NCBI GenBank assembly: GCA_977017575.1
Contig: CDRNVI010000063.1
Location: forward strand, 1 to 64,000
DNA length: 64,000 nt
Direction of reading: 5' to 3'
From: Paramoeba atlantica
Taxonomy: Eukaryota > Protista > Discosea
Below the pieces are notes generated by a model, which saw only the letters and a program-made list of their open reading frames with translations, did not search any database and was not told the DNA's origin. The position numbers and the translations under genes are program-made. Within the stretch, counting starts at the first letter, position 1. Each line of letters opens with the position of its first letter. Positions 11,422 to 23,085 of the stretch are shown one piece after another.

Positions 11422-11729
11422 TTTGCTATCAAGCGAATGATAAAAAGGAATTGATTGTTTTTCGTTTTTAAGAATTGAAAAAGGTGTGGTATATTTCGTG
11501 GTTGTAACACCTTAACATAGCCCATAGATTGAGTCATATCAATTTGGTTTTATTCAGCTGAGCTGTGTTTTCAGGTAAACTAATTTCAAGTTTTGTTTTC
11601 TAAATTCCGAGCGCTCAGCTCCTTACTCGAATAAAAAGTCCTTAGTATCGGTTACTTGTATCCTTAGTATGTGTATTACTTGCCAAACAATAGCTGTCTT
11701 GCAAAGTAGCAGCTTTTAAGCTTTACAAA

Positions 11730-12641
11730 TTATAGCTTAATCCAAGCGGGAAGCGTAGTGGGTGTAATCTTTGTAAAGTTGTTCGAAAATAACTTTAAAC
11801 GTCCCAACTTTACAGGCAAGGTATCCAGCTGAATATGACCTGTAAAGCTATTATCCGACAGATCTAAAGAATATAGTTGCTTGGGAAGTCTTAAAAGATT
11901 AATTTCGCCACTAAATTTATTACCATTGAGCCACAAATATTTTATTTTTGGTGGGAGCTGCGTCAAATTTACATGACCTTCAAGCATATTTTGAGAAAGA
12001 TAGAGCCCTTCCATAGGAAGGGAAAGATGTGCTAGATCTATATCTCCCGATAGCTTGTTTCTCGAAAGTGCCAGACTTTGTAAAGCGCAAGGAAGCATCG
12101 TTAAGTCAATCGTACCAAAAAAGTTATTCGACGAGGCATAAAGGGATTTTGTAATGGAAGGCAATGAGGCGGTAGCAAACTCACCTTCAAACGAGTTGTC
12201 TTGAATCACAGCTTCTCCAAGCCCTGGAGGAAGAAGAGCGGTAGGGAAAGCACCAGAGAAATAATTTTCTGCTGCGTCTAAGTAGGTAGCCGTTGACGGA
12301 CAGTGTTCCCATACTAAAGTTCCTTTAAGTCCTTTATCGCGAAACCAGATATCAGTGATTTCCCCCTTTTCATTGCAGGTCACACAATTCCACGTGCATA
12401 CAGGAGTTCCTTCTTTCCAATCTTCAGGCAGCTCGACTAATTTTGAAACAAAAAGGAGAAATTGCATCTCTGGGGAGAGAATTGCCCCACGTACTTTACT
12501 AGCAGCGTTATATCGAGCTTGTAAAGGATCTACCGCGTCTGTAATCCGTGTTAATTTCAAAATCATGGGGAAATAAAATTGTATCGCTGAAATACTTTTG
12601 CGGTAGTCACGTTGTTTAAAGGTCTTTACTTTTTTGTGCAA
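11730..12641 (-). CDS. Leucine-rich repeat protein (true start may be an internal Met)
   Basis: AASKVRGA...PVCTWNCVTC cap and about 8 LRRs. Confidence 0.9.
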   Translation of the reverse strand: MHKKVKTFKQRDYRKSISAIQFYFPMILKLTRITDAVDPLQARYNAASKVRGAILSPEMQFLLFVSKLVELPEDWKEGTPVCTWNCVTCNEKGEITDIWFRDKGLKGTLVWEHCPSTATYLDAAENYFSGAFPTALLPPGLGEAVIQDNSFEGEFATASLPSITKSLYASSNNFFGTIDLTMLPCALQSLALSRNKLSGDIDLAHLSLPMEGLYLSQNMLEGHVNLTQLPPKIKYLWLNGNKFSGEINLLRLPKQLYSLDLSDNSFTGHIQLDTLPVKLGRLKLFSNNFTKITPTTLPAWIKL

Positions 12642-13515
12642 TATAGAATCACTCCTGCTGCGAAAGCAAAAGTGTACAGATATGCATCGTTACTTTTTCT
12701 GACTATGAAATCACTGATTATGATTCGCTAAACGAACCAAAAACGAATTTCGCTCTTTGTATCTCCATTTTTTCATTGTCTTGACCAATACATACACCAC
12801 GAACACAAAAACAACGTGTTTCCATGATTGGTGAATCACAAATAGATTTTCGTAATGATGAGTTTCCTATGGCTTGTGGTACGTCGAAAACGGTCTTCGC
12901 CACGAAGCAAAGCACCTTCTTATGAAGCGGAAGTTTTAAATAAGCATGCTTTTTTTTCGATCTGCTTATCAGAACAATGCAAACACGATCAACACAAAAA
13001 ACGAAACGTTATCTATTGCGAATTTCCTCTACTGCGGATTACGGGCCGATGAAAAAGTTACTTTCTGAACAAGTTGCTTTCTGAAGAAAGTCACAAGACA
13101 AAAATGAGCTTGCCCAAGACATGATCCACTCCGTTCTTGTTACCGAGAAAGCTGTATTCCAGGTGAAACTGAACCAATGTTCGCACTTTTTTCAATGTGG
13201 TAAAATTTTTACCTGAACGTTTTATCGCTCCTTTCTTTTAGAGGGGTGGACCGCCAAAATCACGATTCCTTGGCGCACCCGGCCGCACCCGCTAAAGCTA
13301 AGCTATTTCAATGGGCGAAAATACTTGGCAAATTTTTCGACACCTGAGCGTCCGTTTTGAGTCCGTATGGTCTGAACTTCTTTTGTGTTTTTGACATGTT
13401 GCTTTCCTTTTGTCACGAGGTCACAAGCCGAGGGGGAAGCAAACTTACCCCAGGAGAGTGAGCCTGTGAGGGATGAAGGGGTAAAGTATCGACAACAGGA
13501 AAAGTCCAGAAAATT

Positions 13516-13610
13516 CGCCCCAATCTAGACACGTATGTAGACGATATTAACTTGGCCTCCGAAAACCCGAATTCCATTGTGAAGGCCTTCGAGAGGCTAC
13601 ACACGCTGGT
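13516..13610 (+). mobile_element. Non-LTR reverse transcriptase fragment (YVDD motif), probably CRE-like
   Basis: RPNLDTYVDDINLASENPNSIVKAFERLHTL. Confidence 0.55.
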
Positions 13611-14014
13611 CACTTGGCTGCTCGCTGCTCAACTTGTCTACACACGCTGCTCACTCTTGAACAAGCCTTAGTGTATGCCACTGACCATGAGCATTAGTAC
13701 CATCTAACCGAGAAGCTACGAAGCGAGCTCGAGCCTATTATTCAATATGAAAAATGTGGCTCTGTTAAATGGAAAACTGCCCTGGCAAGGGCGAAAAAGC
13801 ATAAAAGTTTTTCCGAGTTGTAATTCGTAGAGGAGTCAAACGTTCCTTTTCCAGCATATGAACCCCTCCGCACCAATAAGGCACCCACCCTTAACTTTTC
13901 AGCCAAATGTCCGTTTGGGCTGATTTTTGTTGCATTTTGCAGATCTCAACATAAAGACTTTGCGCGTGAAGAAATGAGACAAAAAGAAACGAATATGTAT
14001 ATTTTAGAGAGAGA

Positions 14015-14497
14015 TTACCATTTTGTCACCTTTTCTCCGTTACTCGCCACACAAGCTTTGAGGCGAGCATCGAAGCTCAAAACCGAATCATAAATATAAC
14101 CTTGAGACAATTTACGCCAAGCTTTACGTACGCTTTTTATGAGATCTTCTTTATTTGTCGGATTGTATTCATCTACAAGACTTTGTACCATGCTCCACAC
14201 GTTTTCTATTGGTGAGAGATCGGGGGAGTTAGGCGGCCAATTTTTCAATAATTTCATTTTGTTGTCGTCAAGGTACGCTTCTGTTTCCTTCGCAGTGTGA
14301 GGTGTTGCCCCATTTTGCTGAAAAATACAGTTTGGGGTGAATGATACTTTTTTTAATGTTTTAATGTACGAAACACATGTAAAAAACGCATGTATGTGTG
14401 CACACGTCGGGCACAGCCGGTGGGAGGGGGAGGGTGGTTCGAACTCCGAGCCACAGTATGCACAGAACAATAGACCCTTGAGGGGGAGTTCTGCCAT
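14015..14497 (-). mobile_element. Chimeric ORF: CxxC...CxxC Zn-ribbon N-terminus fused to the Tc1/mariner DDE C-terminal half (family 1)
   Basis: MAELPLKGLLFCAYCGSEF...LCPTC joined to FQQNGATPH...WPPNSPDLSPIENVWS...; homologous to 32430-32879. Confidence 0.8.
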
Positions 14498-14534
14498 GGG
14501 GGGAGAGATTAAAGAAGGAAAGGACAAAATAAGT

Positions 14535-14568
14535 CAACAAGGTACAGAAACCATATCTTTATCGTTAA
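14535..14568 (-). other. Genomic spliced-leader-derived sequence fused to a 5' UTR (retroposed SL)
   Basis: Minus strand TTAACGATAAAGATATGGTTTCTGTACCTTGTTG followed by ACTTATT (no GT); 27/29 identical to 38870-38898. Confidence 0.8.
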
Positions 14569-14614
14569 AGAATTATTCAGTTTTTAGCTGTTTTTCAGTC
14601 AATATTAGCACTAT

Positions 14615-14905
14615 ATGCCCCAGCAACGGATTCGTTCCCGAACCTCACGTGGTGTACTCAGCGGCCGGTCCTATTCCTCGCCCGCACGGGTGATACCAAG
14701 TCACCGTATGCTTCTTGTCTCAGATTATCTTGAGACAGGGTCGTATTCTCGGACAGCCCAAAAACTCGTATTCTCGGACAGCCCAAGAATCGGGCTGAAT
14801 TAGTATCGGCCATTGAGATAGAGTTCGAAAGATTACAATCCGAACGCAAGCAAGAGTGTATTAACACAATGAGCAGTTTCCGCAGGCGTTGCCGCATTCC
14901 GCAGG
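14615..14905 (+). mobile_element. Internally deleted Tc1/mariner remnant (family 2)
   Basis: HTH-like DYLETGSYSRTAQKL, then PKNRAELVSAIEIEFERLQ...MSSFRRRC, matching the 3377 fragment. Confidence 0.55.
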
Positions 14906-15916
14906 GCTAGTTACCTTATCGCAACCACTTGGCCAAGCCTCATGCGCCATAACGGTTTTCCACTTTCTGTAAGACCACCCCTGGGGAGTCGATACGTATT
15001 TCTTAGCATGAAAAGCGAATTTGTTTTAAAAATACATTCAACTTATATATATTTTTCGAAATGACCTAAAGACATACATCTCCGCAGTACGGTACTTCGT
15101 ACTAAACGTAGTACGGACCCCGTATTTCGTACTAGTACGTACTAAGTACCGTACTGCTGCGAAGGAGTGCTCATGAGAGCATGCATGCTGGGTACTATTC
15201 GTGTGGCGTAAAGTTCGGCTTCCCTTCACACGACATAGCCATTTGAACAGCGTCAAGTTTCTCCTTATCAATTCGAAGATCGCAGTGCTTACGATGTTGA
15301 TAATGATTACGAGTTATAGTTTTTTTTATGAGTCTTGCAATGAGATTCAAAATGGCAGCCAGGGGCCATGCATTTGTAATGACATTCATGCCCCATACCG
15401 CCAACGGGCATTGCATCATGGTCGTGATGACAATTTGCCGAGCAACGTACGACAGCAAAAAGGGGAACCGCCCCCTCTCGCATTAGAACGCTAAGCGGCG
15501 TTGCGTGATGAGTGCGAGAGACAGTTCTTTCGGGAGTTACCTCGCTTCCATCCTGTTCACCTCGGCCTGATTTCCTAGACATGGTGCTGGAGAAAAGTGA
15601 ATGAAAATTCAAAAGAAAATGCTATAAGTAACGGAAGAATAAATTATTTTAAGTAATGCGATCCCAACATTGTTTTCCAGTGAAAAAGATGAGCTTTTCT
15701 TTAATTGAAATTCGTAGTCAAGGTCCCACTTTGGCATAAAATATTTTTCAAAATGTATGAAGTACGTACTATCCGTACTAAGGAGATGTATGTAAAGACA
15801 ACGGGAACGTACAGATCTCAAAATTTTGCACGATAAAGTGGTGCGATAACCCCCCTAGCCCCCCTCGTGCGAAAAATAAGGGTGGGTGCCTTTTTGATGC
15901 GGGGGGGTTTAAAACC

Positions 15917-16800
15917 ATGCAAATTTATACAGATGGTTCTGTATTGCCGATGGAGGGCACGAATGAAATTCGAAGTGGTATCGGAGTTGTGGTGTTAAAG
16001 CCCAGGCTTAAACCTGTACGAATATCTGTACCTCTAGACTCTGAGACAATTGAGCGAGTCGAAATAATAGTCTTTCAGCAGGCCTTATTTTGTTTGACCT
16101 CCACGTCTCCCACCCTCGTACAGCAATCAAACGTATTTAATACTGTTAACGGGGTGGGAGCGGAGGTGCTGGACAATACGGGCCTGGGTGCGTGCGGATT
16201 GGTGAGTGGGGTAGGGAGTGAAGGAAGGGAAGCATGAGAGGGTTAAGGAGATTACTACCCCAGCCGAGACACTCCGAAGTACACCCATGACAAATGACGA
16301 AGTTCAAGCGAAGATACTCGAAATATCACCAGCGTTGGAAACGAATGAACACAAGATACAGTAAGGGTGGACTGGTATGCAGAGACAGTAGGACCAACAC
16401 AGCAAGTTTCAGTTCCCCGCCGCCGCGCACGCCGAGCCCCCCTATCACGCAACAATCCCACCCTCCTTCGCCTCTGCCGCCACCTCTGCCGTTGCCTATA
16501 CCACCACATGCTCTCGACACTCCCGAACTATGCCGGCAAGAAGGCAAGGGGTCAAGGAACACTGCTTTTGGCAGTGTCGGGGCGTGGCGAACCCAACCCT
16601 CCTAGCTAATACAGCTTCCCGCAGCGGACTTTAAGTCTGCGCGTTAGCTGGATTAAGAGACCTTTCATCGGCTCTGCGCTGCAATCCTTTTTAGGTCTGC
16701 GCGCGAGCCGTATAGGTTGGAGCTACCTCGGCTCTCTCCGAGGAGGATACACCCCGTTTGTGGGGTCTTTACCTATGACAGCATCATCATCGTCAAAAAA
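15917..16800 (+). mobile_element. Degenerate RNase H-bearing retroelement 3' remnant ending in GCATCATCATCGTCAAAAAA
   Basis: IYTDGS...SGIGVV...E...AL RNase H motifs; decayed downstream frames; simple-repeat/A tail. Confidence 0.55.
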
Positions 16801-16997
16801 GAATTATAAATTCAAAAAACTTATAATTTATACATATAATTCCTTATGGAGGGGAGAGTATTCTCATCTATTATTCGTAAAAGTATTGTACGTTCTTCGT
16901 TCAATCCCATCATAAAATTGCTCAACTCCTGAGGTACTGAATATCTAGGGGTGATAGTTTTCGGGGCACTGTATTCTACTTTGGTTTCAATTGAATT

Positions 16998-17326
16998 CCC
17001 CCCCCCCCCCCCCCGCGGAATTTTGAGTTTTTTGTCAGCTTTTTCTCATTTTTACAAACGAGAGATCTCGTTCCCCTAGTGAAGCGCTTTGGCACCTTTT
17101 TTTCATAGGGACCCCATAGTGCTCATATGGTGACCCGAAAAACAGCCAAAACAAGATTTTTGATAAATACGAACCTTGGAAGGAAGCCCAAAACCATGTG
17201 TTTTGGACCCAGGGGGCCCCTACAAAAAAAGGGCAGCAAAGCGCTTCACCAGAGAAACGAGATCTATCCAGTGCTGCGAAAATGAGCAAAAACAGATAAA
17301 AAAACTCAAAATTCCGCGGGGGGGGG
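16998..17326. mobile_element. MITE-like element with ~28-bp inverted ends (CCCCCCCCGCGGAATTTTGAGTTTTTT)
   Basis: Inverted repeats read directly; no clear TSD. Confidence 0.65.
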
Positions 17327-17502
17327 AGATACCTTGAAACCACTGTACTTTGTGCCGCACCCTACCGCACCCGGACGCACCCGCTCGCACCGAGCCCAGA
17401 CCACCCCTCTTATTATGAATCATGGTTCTGCACATTAATTTTATATAAGCATTGTATTTTTTAAATTCATTAGTACTTGTTTATTGCTCTTTTCACCTTT
17501 TA

Positions 17503-18416
17503 ATGACGTGCACTGGGTGCGGTGGGTTCTCGTGCCGTTCGAAACTTACGATCAGAAGAATTTCTTCCTGGAGTGAGAATCAATGTCTGGACTGGATGAA
17601 AAACCACTCTAGTGGCGCAGAAAGTTATTTGGTACAAAAAAAATCACCGAGCTCCGCACACCATGGCATTAGTGGGGAATAAATGGGTCTGCACCAAGCA
17701 ATGTAAAGGGAGGTACGGACCTATGGGGCCGCTGTTGCCCAGCAAGAGCCAGCGAAGCGCTGAACAGACTCTCCTGTACATCGTTTTGTACTCTAGGGGT
17801 GGGCGCCATGCATCTTCAGTGGCGGAAACGGAGTTAAGCGAAAAAACGGTGATCAAATTGCGTCAATGGCTGGATTCCCTCATGGCCACAGCGCATGTAC
17901 GCCGACGAGTTCGACTGCGATCCAAGGTGACCACAATGCAATACGATGAAACTTTTTTTTTCTGTCCGAAAGAGGGGCGGCTGCCATCGAGCAAAACGTG
18001 TTCACCAAGATGATAATCAAATTGCTCAGACGATAGCGGTCACGACGAGGGACAACACATTATCTGAAATTCTCATGGAATCTGTTCCAAATCGAGCATC
18101 TCAGAGTCTTCTTCCGAACATCCAGACTCTAGCTTCGGGGAATCGTACAAAAATTTGGACCGATGTTGCCCGCCATAATTTGTCTCTCCGCGGCAAATAT
18201 AAGTGGGAAAGTGTAAACCACAAGAGACAGTGGGTTACGAATGATGGTGTGCACACTAATACTGTGGAGTGCGCTAACTCCATGGTTAAGAAGCGACTAA
18301 AGCGGGACGGCAATGTTCTAGGCCGGAAGTTGGAAAAGAGGGGGGATCGAATACAAGCATACGCAGAGGTATGCACCGGAAGTTTGAAGGAGCACTGCGT
18401 ATGCCTCCATTTGTAA
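17503..18416 (+). mobile_element. Merlin / IS1595 (ISXO2-like) transposase, frameshifted at least twice (~17610-17645 and poly-T 17952-17961)
   Basis: MQYDETF, VPNR..SLLPNI, KIWTD, VNHK..WV...GVHTNTVECANSMVKK motifs. Confidence 0.85.
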
Positions 18417-18733
18417 GAAGTAATCAAGTTTAAGTGGAGAAAAGTTTAAAGTGTAAGCAAAAAGGGACGTAAAATTTTGAAAATTCATAAATTTGCGAAT
18501 ATTGGTTCAGTTTAACCGTATTCCAGAAAGAAAAGTAGCTCGCAACCTTTACAACTCAAAGTGAACGGTTTCACTACTTTAGTTGCAATAGTTTCGTGTT
18601 AACAATAGTTTCTTAACGACGGTTAACAATAGTTCTTCCCATTTTCAACCAGCTTACATCGTATGGAAGACCGAACTGCACTACGCCGTATCTTCTGTAC
18701 CCTTGGACACGACCTCCTGCCCTTGATTGCTCT

Positions 18734-20197
18734 TTATAAACAGATCCAATCCTCCTGGGGCAGCGCTCTCCGCTGTTCACGGTAATCGACATCCGTGTCC
18801 TCCAGCTCCCGATCGTACTGCCCCTGAAACTGTTGAAACTCCGGTGCGAAGATCCGACCCCCGATCATCTCGTGGATTTGATCCAACGAGGTCTTATCAA
18901 GATATCGTGGGGGGAGGAACAACACACGAAGGTGGACATTCTCCGGGGAACACCCCATGAGATGAGACACTCGCCGCGCAATCCCCTCCCGCTCTCGGAG
19001 CTGGGGAATTTGCACTTGGCGCTCATAGGGGTTCGGGGAAGCGATAAGAACCAGTGTGGCAAGAAACTGAAGATCTCGAGAGGCTTCGGGAAGATATTTT
19101 GGAGGTGGAGGTAATGGTGAAGTGGAAGAGACGGAGAAATCAGGGCTACCGTTTGGTAAAGAAGCGCTCCCAGCTTCTGTATCTTTTTGTACAATGTGGA
19201 GAAAACGTGTAAGGGAGGGACTGTAACGCGTCGAGGGGCTGGGAGTTGCATACAACACTTCACGCGCGTTTTGGAACAATATCCCGTCCGTTGGGGAATC
19301 GATGTCCACCGAGAAAAGCGTGAAAGGCCGACTTTCCGAGGTATTAGTAACTTCTGAACCATTTCCACTCTCATTTCCTGCCCCATCCGCCACTCCTTTC
19401 CTCAGCGTGGTGTTATATTTCGACCGGAGGTTCAACCGGAGATACCGAGCCAGAGCTCGGGCATATCCCCCGCCAGTTTCCCCCGACTTAGGTTCATACC
19501 CCAGAAAAGCATAATAAATATCCATTTCCGGAAGATTCGTCAACAAAAACTCTGCGGCTGACCGAAATGGATTACTTCGGTCCCATATCACCTCTCCACT
19601 CGACTCCTCACGGCGAATCACATTCCGGAACGCCTCATTAAACGAATTCATGCGAATCAAACCATACAAACAACACAGTCGGTCAAGTAAAAACGCATCA
19701 TCTGCTCCGGATGCTTCTAAACGGGTCCATGCTGCTTTAACTTGTCTTGCCATATCCACCTCCCCATTCCACCGCAGTTCTGTGAGTTTTTCCTGAATTT
19801 CTTCTCTCCCCATTTGTGAAAATTCTTCTCGACCTTTTGCCGGGAATAATCCTAAGCTCTGATTCAGCAGCTTCACATCATCCAATGATCTCTCTCTGCG
19901 AGCGGTGTGCGCGGCCCACGACTCACGTAGCATGTCCAGCTGCTCTAGCCACGGTTCCCTCTCCTCCTGCTCGCTCATCAGGCTAGGGGAGAGTCGAAAC
20001 ATCCAGCGGGATTGGCGCCAACGCCCGAGGTGGTCCTCGAGGTGTTCTAATAATGGTACAATGGCCTCCGTGAAGGCACGGAAATTCGAACAGTGGGCTT
20101 TTGGGGTTTGGTAGCGTTGAACCGCCTCGGTATGGGTGAGGGGGAGAACAGCAAAGGATGCAAAGAGACGACGTGGGGTAAGGAAGAGAGATTTCAT
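18734..20197 (-). CDS. Hypothetical protein (487 aa), possibly mitochondrion-targeted
   Basis: Long ORF on the cluster strand; Arg/Leu/Ser-rich N-terminus without acidic residues resembles a presequence. Confidence 0.75.
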   Translation of the reverse strand: MKSLFLTPRRLFASFAVLPLTHTEAVQRYQTPKAHCSNFRAFTEAIVPLLEHLEDHLGRWRQSRWMFRLSPSLMSEQEEREPWLEQLDMLRESWAAHTARRERSLDDVKLLNQSLGLFPAKGREEFSQMGREEIQEKLTELRWNGEVDMARQVKAAWTRLEASGADDAFLLDRLCCLYGLIRMNSFNEAFRNVIRREESSGEVIWDRSNPFRSAAEFLLTNLPEMDIYYAFLGYEPKSGETGGGYARALARYLRLNLRSKYNTTLRKGVADGAGNESGNGSEVTNTSESRPFTLFSVDIDSPTDGILFQNAREVLYATPSPSTRYSPSLTRFLHIVQKDTEAGSASLPNGSPDFSVSSTSPLPPPPKYLPEASRDLQFLATLVLIASPNPYERQVQIPQLREREGIARRVSHLMGCSPENVHLRVLFLPPRYLDKTSLDQIHEMIGGRIFAPEFQQFQGQYDRELEDTDVDYREQRRALPQEDWICL

Positions 20198-20281
20198 GTA
20201 AAGGAGACGAAAAAATTCAGAGTTTACGGAAAGTTTAAAACTTTCAAAAAAGTAGTTAAAAGTATTTTATTAACCTATTTA

Positions 20282-20376
20282 GGCTCTTCGTTAAACGCGG
20301 TGGTTGTTTTCAACTTAGAAGTCACTCATGCTGCGAGCTTCGCGTTGAAAACTACCACCGCGTTTAACGAAGAGCC
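20282..20376. mobile_element. 95-bp hairpin MITE (GGCTCTTCGTTAAACGCGGTG TIRs, TA flanks); inverted second copy at 23086-23180 with shared flank (20377-20423 / 23039-23085)
   Basis: Two near-identical copies and long self-complementary arms. Confidence 0.85.
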
Positions 20377-20825
20377 TAAAAAAGAAATTCGGCCTGGAAA
20401 GCTAAAGAAAACACAAAGATTACAGCCAAAATTAGCCGATTTTCGGGCAAAAATGGGGTGATTTTTGCGTATTTTTGCTCTCAGAGGGCTAAATCCGACA
20501 TTTGCGTGCGGGAAAGCACTCGTAGGCGTGAACGAAAGCCTACTGAACGTATTGGGTAGAGAATGCGACTCCAACCATACCATTCTTTCGACATAAAAAG
20601 ATCCCTTTGGGTCCGAAAATTACTTTTTCGCACTTTTTTGGTCAAAAATGGGCCATTTTGGGATGCGTGCCACGGCTAGAAGAAGGGGTATCTGCCGAAA
20701 ACGACGGTGTAGAAGGCTAGTATAGGTCCCAAACTCTCAAAATACAATAGGGGAAACGATTTTGGAAAAATATTTTTTTTACCATTTTTTTCGCCAAGTT
20801 GAATTTTTTTTCAATTTTTTTTTCC

Positions 20826-21146
20826 GAAAAAATCCGAACTTGGCGGACCCGTCCTGCGGATACGCGGGGGGGGGGGTCACCCCCGGGTAGGGGGGTGGAA
20901 AATGCGCGCCAAGACTCCGGCTACCCATTCTGCGGTTTTTTTTCGAAAAATAATTTTTTCGAAAAAAATTGCTCGACCATGACCCCCCCCCCTGGACCCC
21001 CCATTTTTTTCAATTTTGGACCACCGAGCCCCCTTTTATATTTTTTTCCTATATTATATTACTGTTTTCCTCTTTATATTTTCACTGTTTTTGTTCACTT
21101 TTTTTTCAATAATCGAGAGTAGAGCGGTAGTTATACAACCACCGCA
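20826..21146 (+). repeat. Dispersed repeat family A (~320 bp, G-run rich) ending in the hairpin module ATCGAGRGTAGAGCGGTAGTTATACAACCACCGCA; second copy at 62842-63161
   Basis: Alignable by eye along its length with 62842-63161. Confidence 0.9.
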
Positions 21147-21490
21147 ATTTTTAATATACATACCTTTTGCGGGTCCATGGGTCCCGCATCCAAAATTCAG
21201 GATGAACTTAGTGGAGTGACTGCTTCAGATTTTGATGCAAAACATCGGATTTTTTCCAAATGGGGACCTTAGCTTTTGAACGCAATGGAAATCGCTCGAT
21301 CAAAGCGTGGCATAATAACTCCTAAGGTGGTGTTACTCGTTGGTGTTCAGGCAAGCTCGGCAATATGGAGTTTCTTTTCGAGAATATAAAAACAGTAGAG
21401 GCCTTCGTAGAGGACGAGTGCAAGAAAGGGCCCCGAGCTTCGAAAGCGAAGCGGCCCTGTTTTTCAGTTTTTCATTTTCTAGTGTAATAC

Positions 21491-22443
21491 AGTATAAACC
21501 ACATACCCATTTAACATACCCCCCGGTATGTTATCAAGGTATAGGTATGTTAAACATACAGTTTCTGTACCTTGTTGGTACTTAACCTTAGTTCATCCTT
21601 TCTTTCCCCCGCAATGGGCATACTCTTGCTGTATTTTCATGCCCGTTGCCGGTCGGCGCTAAGGCTGGAACTGTCCCCCTTTATCGCTGAAGAAGGGGAC
21701 GCGCCTTCATCCCTTCGCCCCTCCCCGACTCACTCCCCTGGAGTGAATTCTTCTCCCTCTCGGATTCTTTCCTCCCGACCCGTACCTCTCCGAGAGGGCT
21801 AGGCGTCACGGTGGCCTCACTTGAGGACCACTAGACGCGTCCCTCGCTGCCCGCGTTTACGGCTCTCCGCACGTGACGGTCGCCCAGCTCTCCGCACCTC
21901 GGCTCTGTCGCAGCTCTCTGCACCCGGATTGCCCCCGAAACTGTAATATGGGGATTACGCATCCGGCTCTCTGCACCTGCACATGACAACCGAGCTCTCT
22001 GCACCTGGGACGTCAGCTCTCTGCACCCATTCTCCTCCAGCGAGGGCAAATCCTCACGTGATCCACCCGTCGTATGCGGGTAAGGACAATGTGAGACAAA
22101 TCTCTGCAATCTAAGTGCTTGAATAAACAAATATAGGTATGTTAAGTAGACTGGTAATGAAATAGGAAAGAGAAGAAAATCACTTTCACTGTTAGAACCT
22201 GTATCTAAAGATATACCGCGCGTAGTACTAAATGCTAAGATGTTATCAAAATACGTTTAAAAACGCATACAGGAAACATCTTGTTAAAAACGTAAGTGAT
22301 ATTACGGTTGGATTTTGGTACAGTTGCACAATAAAAGCCGTGGGACGAGGGGGGGGGGTATGTTAAGTGTCGTGGGCCAGAATAACATACCCACCGGTAT
22401 GTTATCCAAGGTATAGGTATGTTAAACGGGTATGTGGTTTACT
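21491..22443. mobile_element. Inverted-repeat element (AAACCACATACCCRTTTAACATACC ends) interrupted by an SL-headed insertion
   Basis: 21495-21520 is the inverse of 22416-22441 (1 mismatch); 44/45-bp direct duplication at 21512-21555 and 22383-22427. Confidence 0.7.
21556..22131 (+). ncRNA. SL-headed non-coding structured insertion (SL RNA-derived or SINE-like retroposon)
   Basis: ATACAGTTTCTGTACCTTGTTG followed by GTAC; several stem-loops; GCTCTCYGCACC repeats; A-rich end GAATAAACAAA. Confidence 0.5.
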
Positions 22444-23085
22444 AAAGAAAAAAATATAAAGGGGGGATCCGGTGGTTTACTATAGAAGTACTGTCACCCC
22501 CCCCCCCCCCTTTATACTTCCGCCGGTTTCGGTACTTTTGGAAGTATAAAGGGAGGAACCTGACTTTCGGAAGTATAAAGGGGGGGCTGATTTTTTGACA
22601 AATCCGCGAAACAATTGTTTTTAAAAAAGGAAAAAGAAAAGAAATGCACCACTTCACGGCGCTGGTTTTCTATTATTCTAGCTAAAAATCAATCATCTAA
22701 TCTCCAAACATGCAGGGCACAATGTTTGCTTCCGTGTTCTTCTTGCACATAGTCAACATACGCTGTATGCTACGCTGTAGTGAATACGTGTCGGGACGAT
22801 CTACCATTAGAAGCTTTATGGGAAAGTTTTTGAAACGATGTATATTCGCTTTTGCTGCAGCAGGCGCATGTCCACGCTGGCTTTCATCCCGCCCAGTTCG
22901 CCAAGGAGGAGTTCGTTAATTTTTCTTGCATCTCGACATGTTTGTCCTTGTGCAAACCCCATCGCGCTTGCGACCACGATAGATTTCCTTTTTTCTGGAA
23001 AAATCCGACACCATTTTTCCGGGTGGAGCGCATGGTTCGTAATCTTTGTGTTTTCTTTAGCTTTCCAGGCCGAATTTCTTTTTTA

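Noticed and set aside
12700-13400. Possible gene or LRR remnant in this intergenic stretch
   Set aside because: No recognisable motif in the frames I examined.
15195-15612. Cys/His-rich minus-strand ORFs as TnpB/Fanzor or a Zn-finger transposase
   Set aside because: No RuvC motifs or proper CxxC…DRD signature; could be a decayed TE, but cannot be supported.
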